DNA of 63,938 nt, filler included, from Octopus bimaculoides (taxonomy: Eukaryota): assembly GCF_001194135.2 (NCBI RefSeq). It is 6 parts of 5 records of this genome, joined end to end, with 100 filler letters (N's around TTAATTAATTAA, not from the genome) between each part and the next. Parts side by side here need not be neighbours in the genome. Positions count along the whole stretch, not along the records: positions 38,345 to 53,896 come from NC_068983.1; 5 more parts are not named here. One strand, 5' to 3'. The translations under genes were made by a program, and so were the position numbers. The notes under the pieces were generated by a model, which saw only the letters and a list, made by a program, of their open reading frames with translations, was not told the origin of the DNA and did no database searches. Positions within the stretch are counted from its first letter, which is position 1. The number at the start of each line of letters is the position of its first letter. Of this stretch, positions 38,491 through 51,614 are shown in pieces.

Positions 38491-41400
38491 ATATACCTGC
38501 ACACTAACTTGGAGTTGAAATGTATAAATAACATTCCGTCTGAGGAATAATCTTTCATCTTTAAATTAACTGAAGTTTTGATATAAACGAAGCTGTAATA
38601 TCATGTAGTATTTTGTAGCAACTAGTCGAAACTGTTTAAAGTTATTTCTGTTTCAAAACTATTACATGTTTTTCTCTTGATTTTATCTCATTTTCCATAA
38701 CAAACTTCCCCCATATCATCCATTTAACGTTTTTCAAAATATTTTACAGACGGAGTAAATTGTCTGAAAAATGCTAATAAACGACCACTAATTTTCATGC
38801 ATACAAACAGCTATATTAAGTCATTGACACTTCGCTTCAAATAGCTGTTCTTTCAAGTTTATTATAACCAACGTAATAATTTCTTCAGTAAATATACAGC
38901 ATTTTAACACATTTTAAAACATATTTTAGATGTTTATTTTCTGATATAATTTACTGTTTATATAAAGGAGCGTTAAGTTTAATAAGTCAGCTGGCCATTA
39001 ATTATTACACATACACATATAACACTAGTTGAAGAGTTTGATCTTTTTTGTTTAAAATGTTGATATTCTCGAACACGGGGAGCTTATGCTTTACATGTTC
39101 TTATTCCTTGGCGTTTTCTTCCACTATATAAGATGCGAATTTCTAATCTTTGCCATAACAAGAACGTACCGTACTGAGATAAATGCAATTACTGAGAGCT
39201 CTTCATGAAGAAATAGTTACACAACTTTTACAATTCAATATCTGTGGCGGATATGTCTCAATATTTCTCTTCATGATCTTGCCCAAATGATACCGGTAAC
39301 TGATGTGTCATTGTTATTAATACCTTTGAAAGAGCATTGCTGGTGCGATTTACTGAACAGATATCTAGAGACAAGCACCCCTATATCAATATGGCATAAT
39401 CTTTTCAACTCTCAGCACAAGGCCCAAAATTTTGGGGGAGACGGACCAGTTGATTAAATTGACCCTCAGTGCGCAGCTGATATTTAATTTTTTGACCCCG
39501 AAAGGATGAAAGGCAAAGTCGGCCGTGCCGGAATTTGAACTTGATTCGTAAGAACAGACGAAATGCCGCTAAACATTTCGGCCGGCATGCTAAGGAATCT
39601 GCCACCTCGGTGCCTTATCAATAAGGTATAATAGCTAGATAAAACATCTGGCATCATCCGTAGACCTTACAAGCAGGCTATTCCGAACACTATTTCCCTC
39701 CTGCCGACATCTTTCCCTTTAATTCCAAAAACAATCTCTAATTTGTAATGCAAAACCTACAACTCTTACATCTACCATCTCCTTCTCCCTAAGACTTAAC
39801 AAAGCAAAACAATCTTTTCTTTACATTGTTCCCGGTATGCAGTTACCAAACATTATTTATCTCTTCATAACTTTACGAACATATTCTTCCATGTCCTGCT
39901 GCTTTCTTGCAAAACATACACTTAAAGATGATGACTTTGCTTCAAATATTTGATCTCCTCTTTCGGAGTTTTGGAGCACATCATCACTGTGAGCACTAAA
40001 TTTCACGAAGTTCTTGTTTCACCACTAACTATGCTTGATATCTACATCTGTTGCAAACTTCAGTGTCCCTGAACATTTTCTCTTATTAAATACACTCCCC
40101 CTCTCCCTCCCTCTGTCCTTCGTTTTCTTTCTTATGTCGTAATTTATGCTGTTATTTGTGAAACAACAGTATCGAAAAGACTCCTTTTCCAAGATGGTTT
40201 TCAAATATAGTAATGTGTTAATAGAGCTAGTTTGTATAATTTCAGAGACGTATAGTCACTTTGAACACTGACTTCATGTCCATGATATGAGCTCGGCCAG
40301 CGTTGACTGTGTCGGTTCCACTTCATTCACCATTTATCGATTCAACATGTTTTATTCTCCATATGCAATTCGCATATTTTTTTCTCTAATAACACACTCC
40401 ACTCACTGATATTATTCTCACAATTCGCGCATCAGATATTTCCATCTCGTTTCCTAACCAATTAACAATCATCATTTTTCTCATTATGTTTTTCCTTGCC
40501 ATATATTCAGGTGGAATCAAGCTTTCCACTTATAATTCCAGCAATAGACTCGAGACGTAGAAAACACGAACCTTTATTATCATAGATGGTTACATCTAGT
40601 CTGTCCTTGGCGCTACGTTGTGCTGAAACCAAGCCAGACATAGCAAACAGGACGCATGCAGAAATCTCATGGAACGCATATATCTTCTACAGGAGTTATA
40701 CACGACACAAAAGCCTCTCCAGTAACATCCGCTGCTGCAACATTAGCTTTCTCGAAACTATTTCCATTTCCGTAAGCAGATAGCTCCACGTAACTCCGTT
40801 CCCCATCTTTTGAAAATCCTTAAACTTTCCGTGACCTTTTGGCCAATTGTTACATTTTTTTACGAACCTTATCGAATCACGAATGTTTCTTCCGTTGTCG
40901 ATACATTATATGTTACGTGATCACCGTTTCTCATTTCATCTAAAATTTAAGTCAGCTATATGCCTGATCTAATATTTCCATTGCCTTTCTTAAAGTTTAA
41001 CAACTAGCATAGTGTTCATCGTCTTAAATGATTTATCAATATTAGTAACGTGGTAAAATGCTGATTGACCGGTGCCTTGAACGGAGTACCCGCGGCATGA
41101 TTTTCATTTGCATGACTATTACAGTGATTCCTTAATTGTAGATAATTCTCTACTAAATCCTGAATATCTCAATCCAAACACTCATGTGAAAGTTTCTCAC
41201 CTACATAAGATCTGCTTGGTAGTGAGTAAACGTAGTTATTGAACATGAATGTATTTCCAACCACTGTCTCTCCAAGCAAATCTTATGAACGATTTCATAA
41301 TCTTTCCTTCGATACAGAATTTTAAAAATCTATACTGCTTAGACAGCTATGAATGTGCTTGAGTGAGTATATTTAATTATAATTTCGTATATGACTGCAT

Positions 41401-43036
41401 AAGAGTGATTGCGCTTAGATCTGTATACATTCACGTATGTACACGCCTGTGGTGACATAAGCGTGCAACTATGCAGTCATACCTATATGTAAATATGCCA
41501 ACTCATTATTTTGTTGTATTTGTTCAGAAGATCAAGCGAATCTGAATTCCCATCTCTATACCTCATAGTTTATGACTATACTTCTCTCAATATTTCATCG
41601 ACTACACCAGTTGATCTCTGGATTTTATATTCCCTAAGGAGGAAATTACATTATATATNNNNNNNNNNNNNNNNNNNNNNNNNNNNNNNNNNNNNNNNNN
41701 NNNNNNNNNNNNNNNNNNNNNNNNNNNNNNNNNNNNNNNNNNNNNNNNNNNNNNNNNNNNNNNNNNNNNNNNNNNNNNNNNNNNNNNNNNNNNNNNNNNN
41801 NNNNNNNNNNNNNNNNNNNNNNNNNNNNNNNNNNNNNNNNNNNNNNNNNNNNNNNNNNNNNNNNNNNNNNNNNNNNNNNNNNNNNNNNNNNNNNNNNNNN
41901 NNNNNNNNNNNNNNNNNNNNNNNNNNNNNNNNNNNNNNNNNNNNNNNNNNNNNNNNNNNNNNNNNNNNNNNNNNNNNNNNNNNNNNNNNNNNNNNNNNNN
42001 NNNNNNNNNNNNNNNNNNNNNNNNNNNNNNNNNNNNNNNNNNNNNNNNNNNNNNNNNNNNTGTATGTATGTATGTATGTATGTATGTATGTATGTATGTA
42101 TGTATGTATGTATATCAGATTTCCTCTTCACTCCCGCATACATTTTCAAATTTCATATTTCTGTTGAAGGTGGTGAACCGACAGATTCATTAAGACACTG
42201 AGTATGGTGCTTAACGGCATTTCATCCATCTTTAGGTTCGGAGTGCAAATCAGGCCGAGTACTACTTAGTTTTTCACCTTTTGGCGGTCGATAGCACATG
42301 TGACTGTTGTGTGCTAGTGTAATATAATCATCTTACACTTCTTTTAAATCCGTCGTCCTTATGTCAAACATTTGAAACCGACATATCTTCATTTACTATT
42401 TTTCCTCGACCAGGAGTGTATTCTTCCCCAAGACCAAAGATAAATATCCAAACTTTATCATAACTGAACAAAATATTTGTGATGAGAAACCTACGATAAA
42501 CCAATTACTGCCGATGTATATTAACTGTTTCTTCAGAGAAATGTCATTCTTCTAGTAATATATCTTCATTTTTAGTTCAGATATTACTGTTGCCTGGAAA
42601 ATGTCTGAAATCATACGTTGTGACGCCTCAATGCCTGACTCAGGATATTGTAATATTTAATTTAGATACATTTTATTACTGAATATAAAAGAATTCGATT
42701 CGGCTAATTTCTATTCACTAGATATTTTTAAAAAAATATTGAACTTGCAAATTAAATATCGAATTATTTAATGACAATGAAGACAATTGATTTCTTCATG
42801 TTTGTTCGACAAAGTACATAAATTTCAAATTGATTATAAATACCCAAATTCAAGTTTCAATCTAATATTTCAATGTGTATTACTTGTCATGATAGTAATA
42901 CCTGTGTTTAAATCGCGAAGAATATGTAATTCAGTCTAATGATTTCCCGGTTGCGATGTATTGGATTCATGTCTTCAGTGAAACCTGATGTTTTTGTCAA
43001 CGGTGCTGTCTATTCTGAATGGTTCAGTAAGTATAT

Positions 43037-43226
43037 GAGTTGCTGTGTGGTAAGTAGCTTGCTTACCAACCACATGGTTCTGGGTTCAGTCCCACTGCGT
43101 GGCACCTTGGGCAAGTGTCTTCTACTATAGCCTCGGGCCGACCAAGACCAAAGCCTTTTGAGTGGATTTGGTAGACGGAAACTGAAAGAAGCCCGTGCTA
43201 TATATGTATATATATATATGTGTGTG

Positions 43227-43263
<37 letters not shown>

Positions 43264-43495
43264 TGTGTGTGTGTATGCTTGTGTGTCTGTGTTTTATCTC
43301 CCACAACATTGCTTGACAATCGATACTCGTGTGTTTACGTCCCCGTAACTTAGCGGTTCGGCAAGATACCGATAGAATAAATACTAGGCTTACAAAGAAT
43401 AAATTCTGGAGTTGATTTGCACGACTAAAGGCGGTGCTCCAGCATTGCCACAGTCAAATGACTGAAACAAGTAAAAGAGTAATGAGTAAAAGAGA
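43037..43495 (+). mobile_element. SINE family A, near-full copy
   Basis: Same head, internal microsatellite and tail as 8587-8985. Confidence 0.85.
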
Positions 43496-43852
43496 GCGCT
43501 TTGAGGTTAGGCTAATATGGACCCCTCTTCCCAGAAGAAGATTTGGGTTTGCGGAGGAACATGAAGGTTATCTAGAAATAGAAGTAAAGCTACAAAGGTA
43601 TCAATGACGTGCGAACAGAAAAGCTTTTCTCTGATAAACTTATATAGACATGGAATGTAGGATGGAAGACAACCTAAAGAATAGGTGGAAATGGATACTG
43701 CCGTGGAGCTGAAAGGGCTGGCATCCATAAAGGGAAAAAGCAGAAGAGACAACTCAGAGGGAAGAATAAATAGAAAATTTCGTCGATGTCTTATGTTCCA
43801 CAATGAGGTAAGGTATTAATCTTTAAAATCGGTAATGATTTCAGTTACACAC

Positions 43853-43898
<46 letters not shown>

Positions 43899-44689
43899 AC
43901 ACACGCACACGCACGCACACACGCACACACACACACACACACATGCCGCATACACGGACAACACAAAGTACAAAATACACACATATGCGTACCGTTGTAC
44001 GTCGGTTATTAAACTTACAAGATAATATGGATGAGATTGGGAAAAAAAGCAAGAAACAAAACATATAATATGAATATTGTCTCGCACAAATAAATATTAT
44101 TTTACTTCTATTCAGAGCAAGAACACAACATTACCAATTTTTTTCATGAATGCAATTGAAAAATAATGTTATAGCAATTAATTCAGAGTGGCAATTTACA
44201 GTGATTCCAATTGTTTTAAGACGTAAATGAATATGTTTTAGCGATTTCTTAATCAATAAGTAATTATAGGCTTACGAAACTTGGCTTTATCTCGTATAAT
44301 CTATAGTAATGTGTCGATAGCATTCAGAACAGCCAAGGAATGGTTTTATAATGAATCTACGTAAAGAATAATTAGATATAACGATAATATGCGTTGTAGA
44401 GGGAATAAATGTCTGGAACAAGTTTTGGGAGAGCAAATTTCTACTAATATGCAACGCCTGACATAACCAATTCTGGAATAATCAAGTGTCGCAAGTTGCA
44501 TTTTTGCATACATTAATAACGAGACGTTTGTAAATTTAAAACATACGCATGCACACCATACATATTTATATACATGAGACATACATACAGAAACAGACCC
44601 ACACAGTCGCAATAAAATCCACTTATAAAGTGTTTGCATGTACTATGCTTACTTATACATTATATATATATTCGTTTTGTGCATACATC

Positions 44690-45256
44690 AATGTTTGATG
44701 CATCTGGACACAACTTCAGTGATGTGCCTGGTATCATCGGCTGTTTCGGGTCTTTCAACATCATACACCCTCTTCCTGGTGACCCTGCTAGGGTTGATCA
44801 GACCCCAGTTGTGTCCAGATTGCCAGATAGCTACACCATGGCTCTCCTCTTTTGATCTACAGACATCTTGGGGCCGTCTCTGCCGCATCGGTTGTACTGT
44901 GGATGGCCTTCCTCTTTCTCACTTACTCGATGCCAAAATTGCTGAAGGCTCTTGTCAGGGTTTCGGGATGCGAAACCCCTGCATCCAACCTCCACTGGGA
45001 GACACCTCACTTCAACCAGCCCGCTTGCAGTCACTGACCAGACCCGCATACTTGGAGAGCTGTCTCTCAAAAACGTCTTCAAGACGATATTCCCATGGGA
45101 CAGTCACCTCCAGCAGCACTACGTGCTTGCTGGATCCAGACATGAGGACAATATCTGGTCGCAGAGTGGTGACCTCAATGTGGCCAGGGAAATGCAGCCG
45201 ACGCTCTGGATCCACCAGTAGCTGCCAGTCTCTTGCAGTTGCTAGGATGCCCGCCG
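44690..45256 (-). mobile_element. HERO-clade non-LTR retrotransposon, 3' end (restriction-like endonuclease plus 3'UTR)
   Basis: DWQLLVDPERRLHFPGHIEVTTLRPDIVLMS...LLEVTVPWE...KY...RCLPVEVGCRGF, with stops and frameshifts. The 5' part runs into an N gap. Confidence 0.88.
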
Positions 45257-48038
45257 NNNNNNNNNNNNNNNNNNNNNNNNNNNNNNNNNNNNNNNNNNNN
45301 NNNNNNNNNNNNNNNNNNNNNNNNNNNNNNNNNNNNNNNNNNNNNNNNNNNNNNNNNNNNNNNNNNNNNNNNNNNNNNNNNNNNNNNNNNNNNNNNNNNN
45401 NNNNNNNNNNNNNNNNNNNNNNNNNNNNNNNNNNNNNNNNNNNNNNNNNNNNNNNNNNNNNNNNNNNNNNNNNNNNNNNNNNNNNNNNNNNNNNNNNNNN
45501 NNNNNNNNNNNNNNNNNNNNNNNNNNNNNNNNNNNNNNNNNNNNNNNNNNNNNNNNNNNNNNNNNNNNNNNNNNNNNNNNNNNNNNNNNNNNNNNNNNNN
45601 NNNNNNNNNNNNNNNNNNNNNNNNNNNNNNNNNNNNNNNNNNNNNNNNNNNNNNNNNNNNNNNNNNNNNNNNNNNNNNNNNNNNNNNNNNNNNNNNNNNN
45701 NNNNNNNNNNNNNNNNNNNNNNNGCTCAGGTTCCTTGCTATATATATATATATAGCAAGGAACCTGAGCAGCATCGCGTGTATATATATATATATATATA
45801 TACATGCACATACGTATCCATACATAGAAACGCATACGCATACACATATAATTACTCAAGATGGAAGGCATTTCGCATGTCACATCAATGGGTGTCTAGA
45901 ACATGCGGAATTGAGAGCTACTCAAACCAAAGAACTTTCCACCATATTTGTCATACGAAACGTAGTCGTATCGTAAGGCCTCGGTATTAAACCAGGCGAC
46001 GATTTGTGCTTGCCATCAAAGGGAAAATACACTTGACACTCTCACCTTATACACACATATTTTTGTTCGAACAAGTGGTTATTTTTGTAAGTATTTTATG
46101 TGTGCAAGACTGTGCTTGTGTTTATGCTGATGAATATCTATTCGCGAATTCATACGATTCGGGGTCCATCAGATTCCGAACAATTTTATATTACTCTCAT
46201 ATGTGCAATATAACATAGTAATGCTTTGCTTATTTATTCTTATTTATGCTGTGAATTGCATATAACCGAAAGAGTTTTCAAATTTCACATAATATTTCGT
46301 GTGTGCGTAGGGGCGTGCGTTTAGAGTGTATGTGTGTGTGTATCCGTTATGCATTCATGTGTTTAATATTGATAGATAGAATATTTTACTCGGGTAAAAT
46401 TTTACACAAATTCTTTTGCATATTCTTCAATAGTAGAAACTAAGTTTTGCTCTATATTTAATATCACATCTGAAATTCGGCAATATAATTCACATGGTTG
46501 TGCTATGAAGTTTTGATTGTCATTTTTAATATATAATGACGCCAGGAGGTGTATATTTTTCCTATGAATACCACAGAATGAATAGACTAAATTAGATTCA
46601 TACAGAATACATTAACCCCAATGCACTGCGTAGTATATTTGCTAATTACCACTTATATGTGTAATACAGGCAAACACCATGCTGAAATCACATAACCAAT
46701 CCTGTTGATTTTATATATAGTTAAACTTATACAACTAATTGCTTTCTAGGAAAAGAATCCTTACGACATCAATTCATTTAATGTGAAGCATCGATATCAC
46801 GACTCAGTAATGCTATACCATATAATTTCCAGCATGTAATGAATAGAGAAAATTGGATTTATTGATAAAATACTAATCGTAATGTATCACCCAATGTATT
46901 TTCGCATATATGTATATATATATATGTGCATGTGTGTGTGTGTGAGTGCGTGAGTATGTGTGTATGTGTATATGTATATGTATATAAATGATATATATAT
47001 ATATATATATATATATATNNNNNNNNNNNNNNNNNNNNNNNNNNNNNNNNNNNNNNNNNNNNNNNNNNNNNNNNNNNNNNNNNNNNNNNNNNNNNNNNNN
47101 NNNNNNNNNNNNNNNNNNNNNNNNNNNNNNNNNNNNNNNNNNNNNNNNNNNNNNNNNNNNNNNNNNNNNNNNNNNNNNNNNNNNNNNNNNNNNNNNNNNN
47201 NNNNNNNNNNNNNNNNNNNNNNNNNNNNNNNNNNNNNNNNNNNNNNNNNNNNNNNNNNNNNNNNNNNNNNNNNNNNNNNNNNNNNNNNNNNNNNNNNNNN
47301 NNNNNNNNNNNNNNNNNNNNNNNNNNNNNNNNNNNNNNNNNNNNNNNNNNNNNNNNNNNNNNNNNNNNNNNNNNNNNNNNNNNNNNNNNNNNNNNNNNNN
47401 NNNNNNNNNNNNNNNNNNNNNNNNNNNNNNNACAAAACTTGTGTATTTTTTAACTGAATATCTATTCCACGGATCATTGGAACTTTAATATAAAAAAAGT
47501 TAATTTATCCGTTCACTTACCATATATACGAAATATATTTAAATTATGAAATAAGATGTGATTTAGGACACGAGTGTTGGTGCTGCAATTATAATACTTT
47601 AAGTATCTCTTAAATGTTTCAAAAATTTGACAACTATTATTTTATTACAAAATTCGTGCAAGGCGCCAACTTTGAGGTCAAAACCACAATCAACGTGATG
47701 CATATACTATCTCGGTTAAGTGGATACACTTATTTCGTCTACATATGTATTTCCTTATGAAGAGAAAATTGTAAAATATTTATGCACATAAAATAGTAAC
47801 ACAATTCAAATAAGGCAAACACACCTACATATACTGCACTAACGTGTAGTTTGTTTTCCTTATTTATCGAAAGGAAACAAAATCCTTTGTGAGAAAGTCC
47901 TAGTAGATAACAAAATGAAAGCAACAAAACGTAACGAATTAAAAATATCCCTCAGAACATATAATTTTTATGAATAGGAGATAAACTTACACCTTGTTAC
48001 CAGGAAATATGTTTGCTGTAGAGGCATTCTTTATTATA

Positions 48039-48586
48039 GAGATTTAAAGCGTTTGCTATTCAGTACGCGATGACCTACCCAAAATAACAAAATATGTGTT
48101 ATTGATAAATTTGTGCTATTTCGCTTAGCTCCCATTTTATAGTCTTCCAAATTCTACTGAGCTTCGTGTTTCATACCATATTTCGGTCAAATGTAATTGT
48201 TTAGCTCCAGATGGTCATGGATATATGAACCAAGAATATCCCGAATGGTTACGTGTGAGCAGAGCACACAACAGCACAGTATTCACACTATCAAGAATCA
48301 ACATATAATTTGAAGAAGATTCGTCTTCTAAAATTAACAGGTCCATCGACGATGTAAGCACGTTACAACTTATATCTTATAAGCACAGGACAGTTTTATC
48401 AAGCAGTCTTTGATTAGTTCACACGCAATGACATATGACCGAAATAGGATATGAAACATGAAGCTCAGTAGAATTTGGAAGATTATAAAATGGGAGATAA
48501 TCGAAAGTGCACAAATTTGTGAATAACAAATATTTTGTTATTTTGGGTAGGTCATCGCGTAATGAATAGCAGACATTTTAAATCTG
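48039..48586. mobile_element. 548-bp MITE with about 160-bp TIRs and TA flanks (Tc1/mariner-type)
   Basis: 48039 to about 48199 is an imperfect reverse complement of about 48426-48586; TA at 48037-38 and 48587-88. Confidence 0.85.
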
Positions 48587-49076
48587 TATTATTTATTATT
48601 AGAAATGTATTGCTTAGTTTTATAAACATAAAAAGATTACACTTGCCGCTTTGTAGAAAATCTCCAATATGGCATAACATGACAATGGAGATAGAATAAA
48701 CTTAACATAAAATTCAATATGCATTCTTAAAGGAAAAAACCCTTTTGTTTCTTTTGCGTGGAAGGTATTAGCTAGTGGCAGGCATTAATATAATTTACAT
48801 CGGAACAGCCAATCACGTCTTTCAAGAATCACGCTTGATACCTGGTGATTGACATTTACAATGAAAAAGAGAAAATAAAATTACAGTTAAAAGGTTATAT
48901 AAGATTGACAAGCGACAGATCTGTTTCAAAGGTTTGTTGGTGATTGCAGATACATCTTTTGACCTTTAGAATATAAAAATATCTACGAATTAGTGAACAT
49001 GAAAATCATATCCATCTATGCACCACTTTTCAATTTATACACACACGCGAACAACTAAATACATGCTTATAGATAT

Positions 49077-49123
<47 letters not shown>

Positions 49124-49145
49124 TACATATACANNNNNNNNNNNN

Positions 49146-49180
<35 letters not shown>

Positions 49181-49826
49181 CACGCATACACACAGATATG
49201 CACACACAATAAAGTTTCGTTGAAAAGCTTTAAAATGTATTCATGAGATATATATATAAATAATATTTTTATGAAAATCTTGCACTTGATATCTAATATT
49301 TCTATACACTTTTCAGAAAGATGTGCCTAGTTTCAGGAATGGAAAGTAACTGGAATCATATCTGGTGAAAGAGGAGTTCATAAATGCAAAAGCAATTTTA
49401 AATCGTCTCTGGAAATAATTATTCATTCTTCATTATTAAGCAGGGAATTTTTTTTTTAAAGTGGACTCAAATGACATTAATATTAAAAGCTATCAAACTG
49501 GTGATTCCAATATGATATATTTCGGTTTAATTGTAGACATTCCCATAAACTGCATAAAAGTTATAGAAGGAAATATAACTTCGATATTGATACAATATTT
49601 ATATTGTTTTGTCGGGGCCGATGTAAATAATTTCATGTTTAAAATTTTACCTGATGATGATGGACTATATTCTATGATGTAGCTTTCTATCGAATCTATT
49701 GAAACTTCATTCGGAAAATGTCATATGCTTTTCCCTTCTTTAATTAGGCCACAGTATTTTCCAAATATTTGATGACTTCAATGTTATTTGTCTTACTCTG
49801 AGATCGTCGTCATCTTCATCATCATG

Positions 49827-49857
<31 letters not shown>

Positions 49858-51516
49858 CTACTTGAACCACCATCACTACCACCACCACCACCACCACCAC
49901 CACCACCACTACCACTACCATCATCCTCATCATAAGGTAATTACATGCCATTTATATTAAATCACCATTTTGATTTACACGGAAGTGACGCTCACTTCAC
50001 CAGCCCAATATTTCGCAAGGAACATACCCTATCATAACAAAGAAATCAATTAACCAATAATTCCCGTCTATTTCCTTGGTATGTCAACTAACAAATTATA
50101 CGATATACAACAGTGTAATCCATGTAAATATGTATATTATTCACATTTTAATGTTAGTATATTGAATTTGTAAACGTGTGTTAATGTACTAAACTCATAA
50201 TATATATTTACGACAAAAGAGAATATATTTCTAGGTACAAGTGTGTATTGTTTATGTACGTGACTGTACGTAATCGTGTGTTGTTGCTCTTTCCGTATGA
50301 ACACATATGTGATTATATGAAAAGATATTTTTTCAGCAACTGAATATAGAATCTCACGTTTTAGCAATAGCATTTTTAGACGCAGCTGTTGTTTTCGTCG
50401 CCTACTTCGTTTTATTATTTTATTTTATTTTTATTTTTAGGCCAGTAAATGGCACCAGTTTGTCTGGAATAAATTAATGTTGATGATGCTCATAATGACT
50501 ACACATTTCTNNNNNNNNNNNNNNNNNNNNNNNNNNNNNNNNNNNNNNNNNNNNNNNNNNNNNNNNNNNNNNNNNNNNNNNNNNNNNNNNNNNNNNNNNN
50601 NNNNNNNNNNGATGCTGGTGTGTTTACGTCCCCGTAACTTAGCGGTTCGGCAAAAGGGAGCGATAGAATAAGTACTGGGCTTACAAAGAATATGTACTGG
50701 GGTCGATTTGATCGACTAAAAGCGGTGGTCCAGCATGGCCACAGTCAAGTGACTAAAACAAATAAAAGGGAATAAAAGAGTAAAGAGTACATATAAACAC
50801 ACAATGCACAAAGTTTAGATGCATATGTCAGCTTAAACGTTCCTACTGTGAATGAAATGTTAACTATATTCACAACAACGCCTGTTTTGTTCATGCTGGT
50901 TAGAATTAAACAATAACCATTTCTCTTTTTATTTCACAACAAAAACAGCAAAAACAAATCAGAATTATTTGCGTCTTCATATATTCTCGTGATATATTTC
51001 ACTTAGGAAAAAATTTATAAAAATTAAACGAGAGATCTCTAAGCTCATACACACCCTCTGTGACATACATTCACGCGTGCACACATATGCCTATGTGTTG
51101 AGAATCGATGTATAAACAAAAAAAATAAATCCACACTACTTAAGAGCCTAATTAATAACAGGTCATTAAATTCCTACTCATCTTTTCATTGCAGTCACTC
51201 TAAGATGAATCAGGTTGCAAGAATATACTTGATCGGCGAAAACGATTCTTCAAAGAAACATGGTTAACATTAAAAATGAGATTCACAAATTTCGCATATG
51301 TATTATAATTTTATTTGCCTCAACGGCTGTTTCATCAAGCTAAACATTACTAAACGTATAGTTAAACACACAGAGACAAACGTACACGTCAGTGCACACA
51401 CATATATGGTAATGCATGTATAATGTATATGTTTATGCATATATAGATATATATATTTGTGTGCGTATCTATGTAGTACCTATAATTATATATGTATGTA
51501 TTTATATACATATATG

Positions 51517-51614
<98 letters not shown>

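Noticed and set aside
45724-45769. Perfect 46-bp palindrome centred on (TA)8
   Set aside because: It begins exactly at a gap edge and folds on a TA run, typical of a contig-end artefact; unverifiable without reads.
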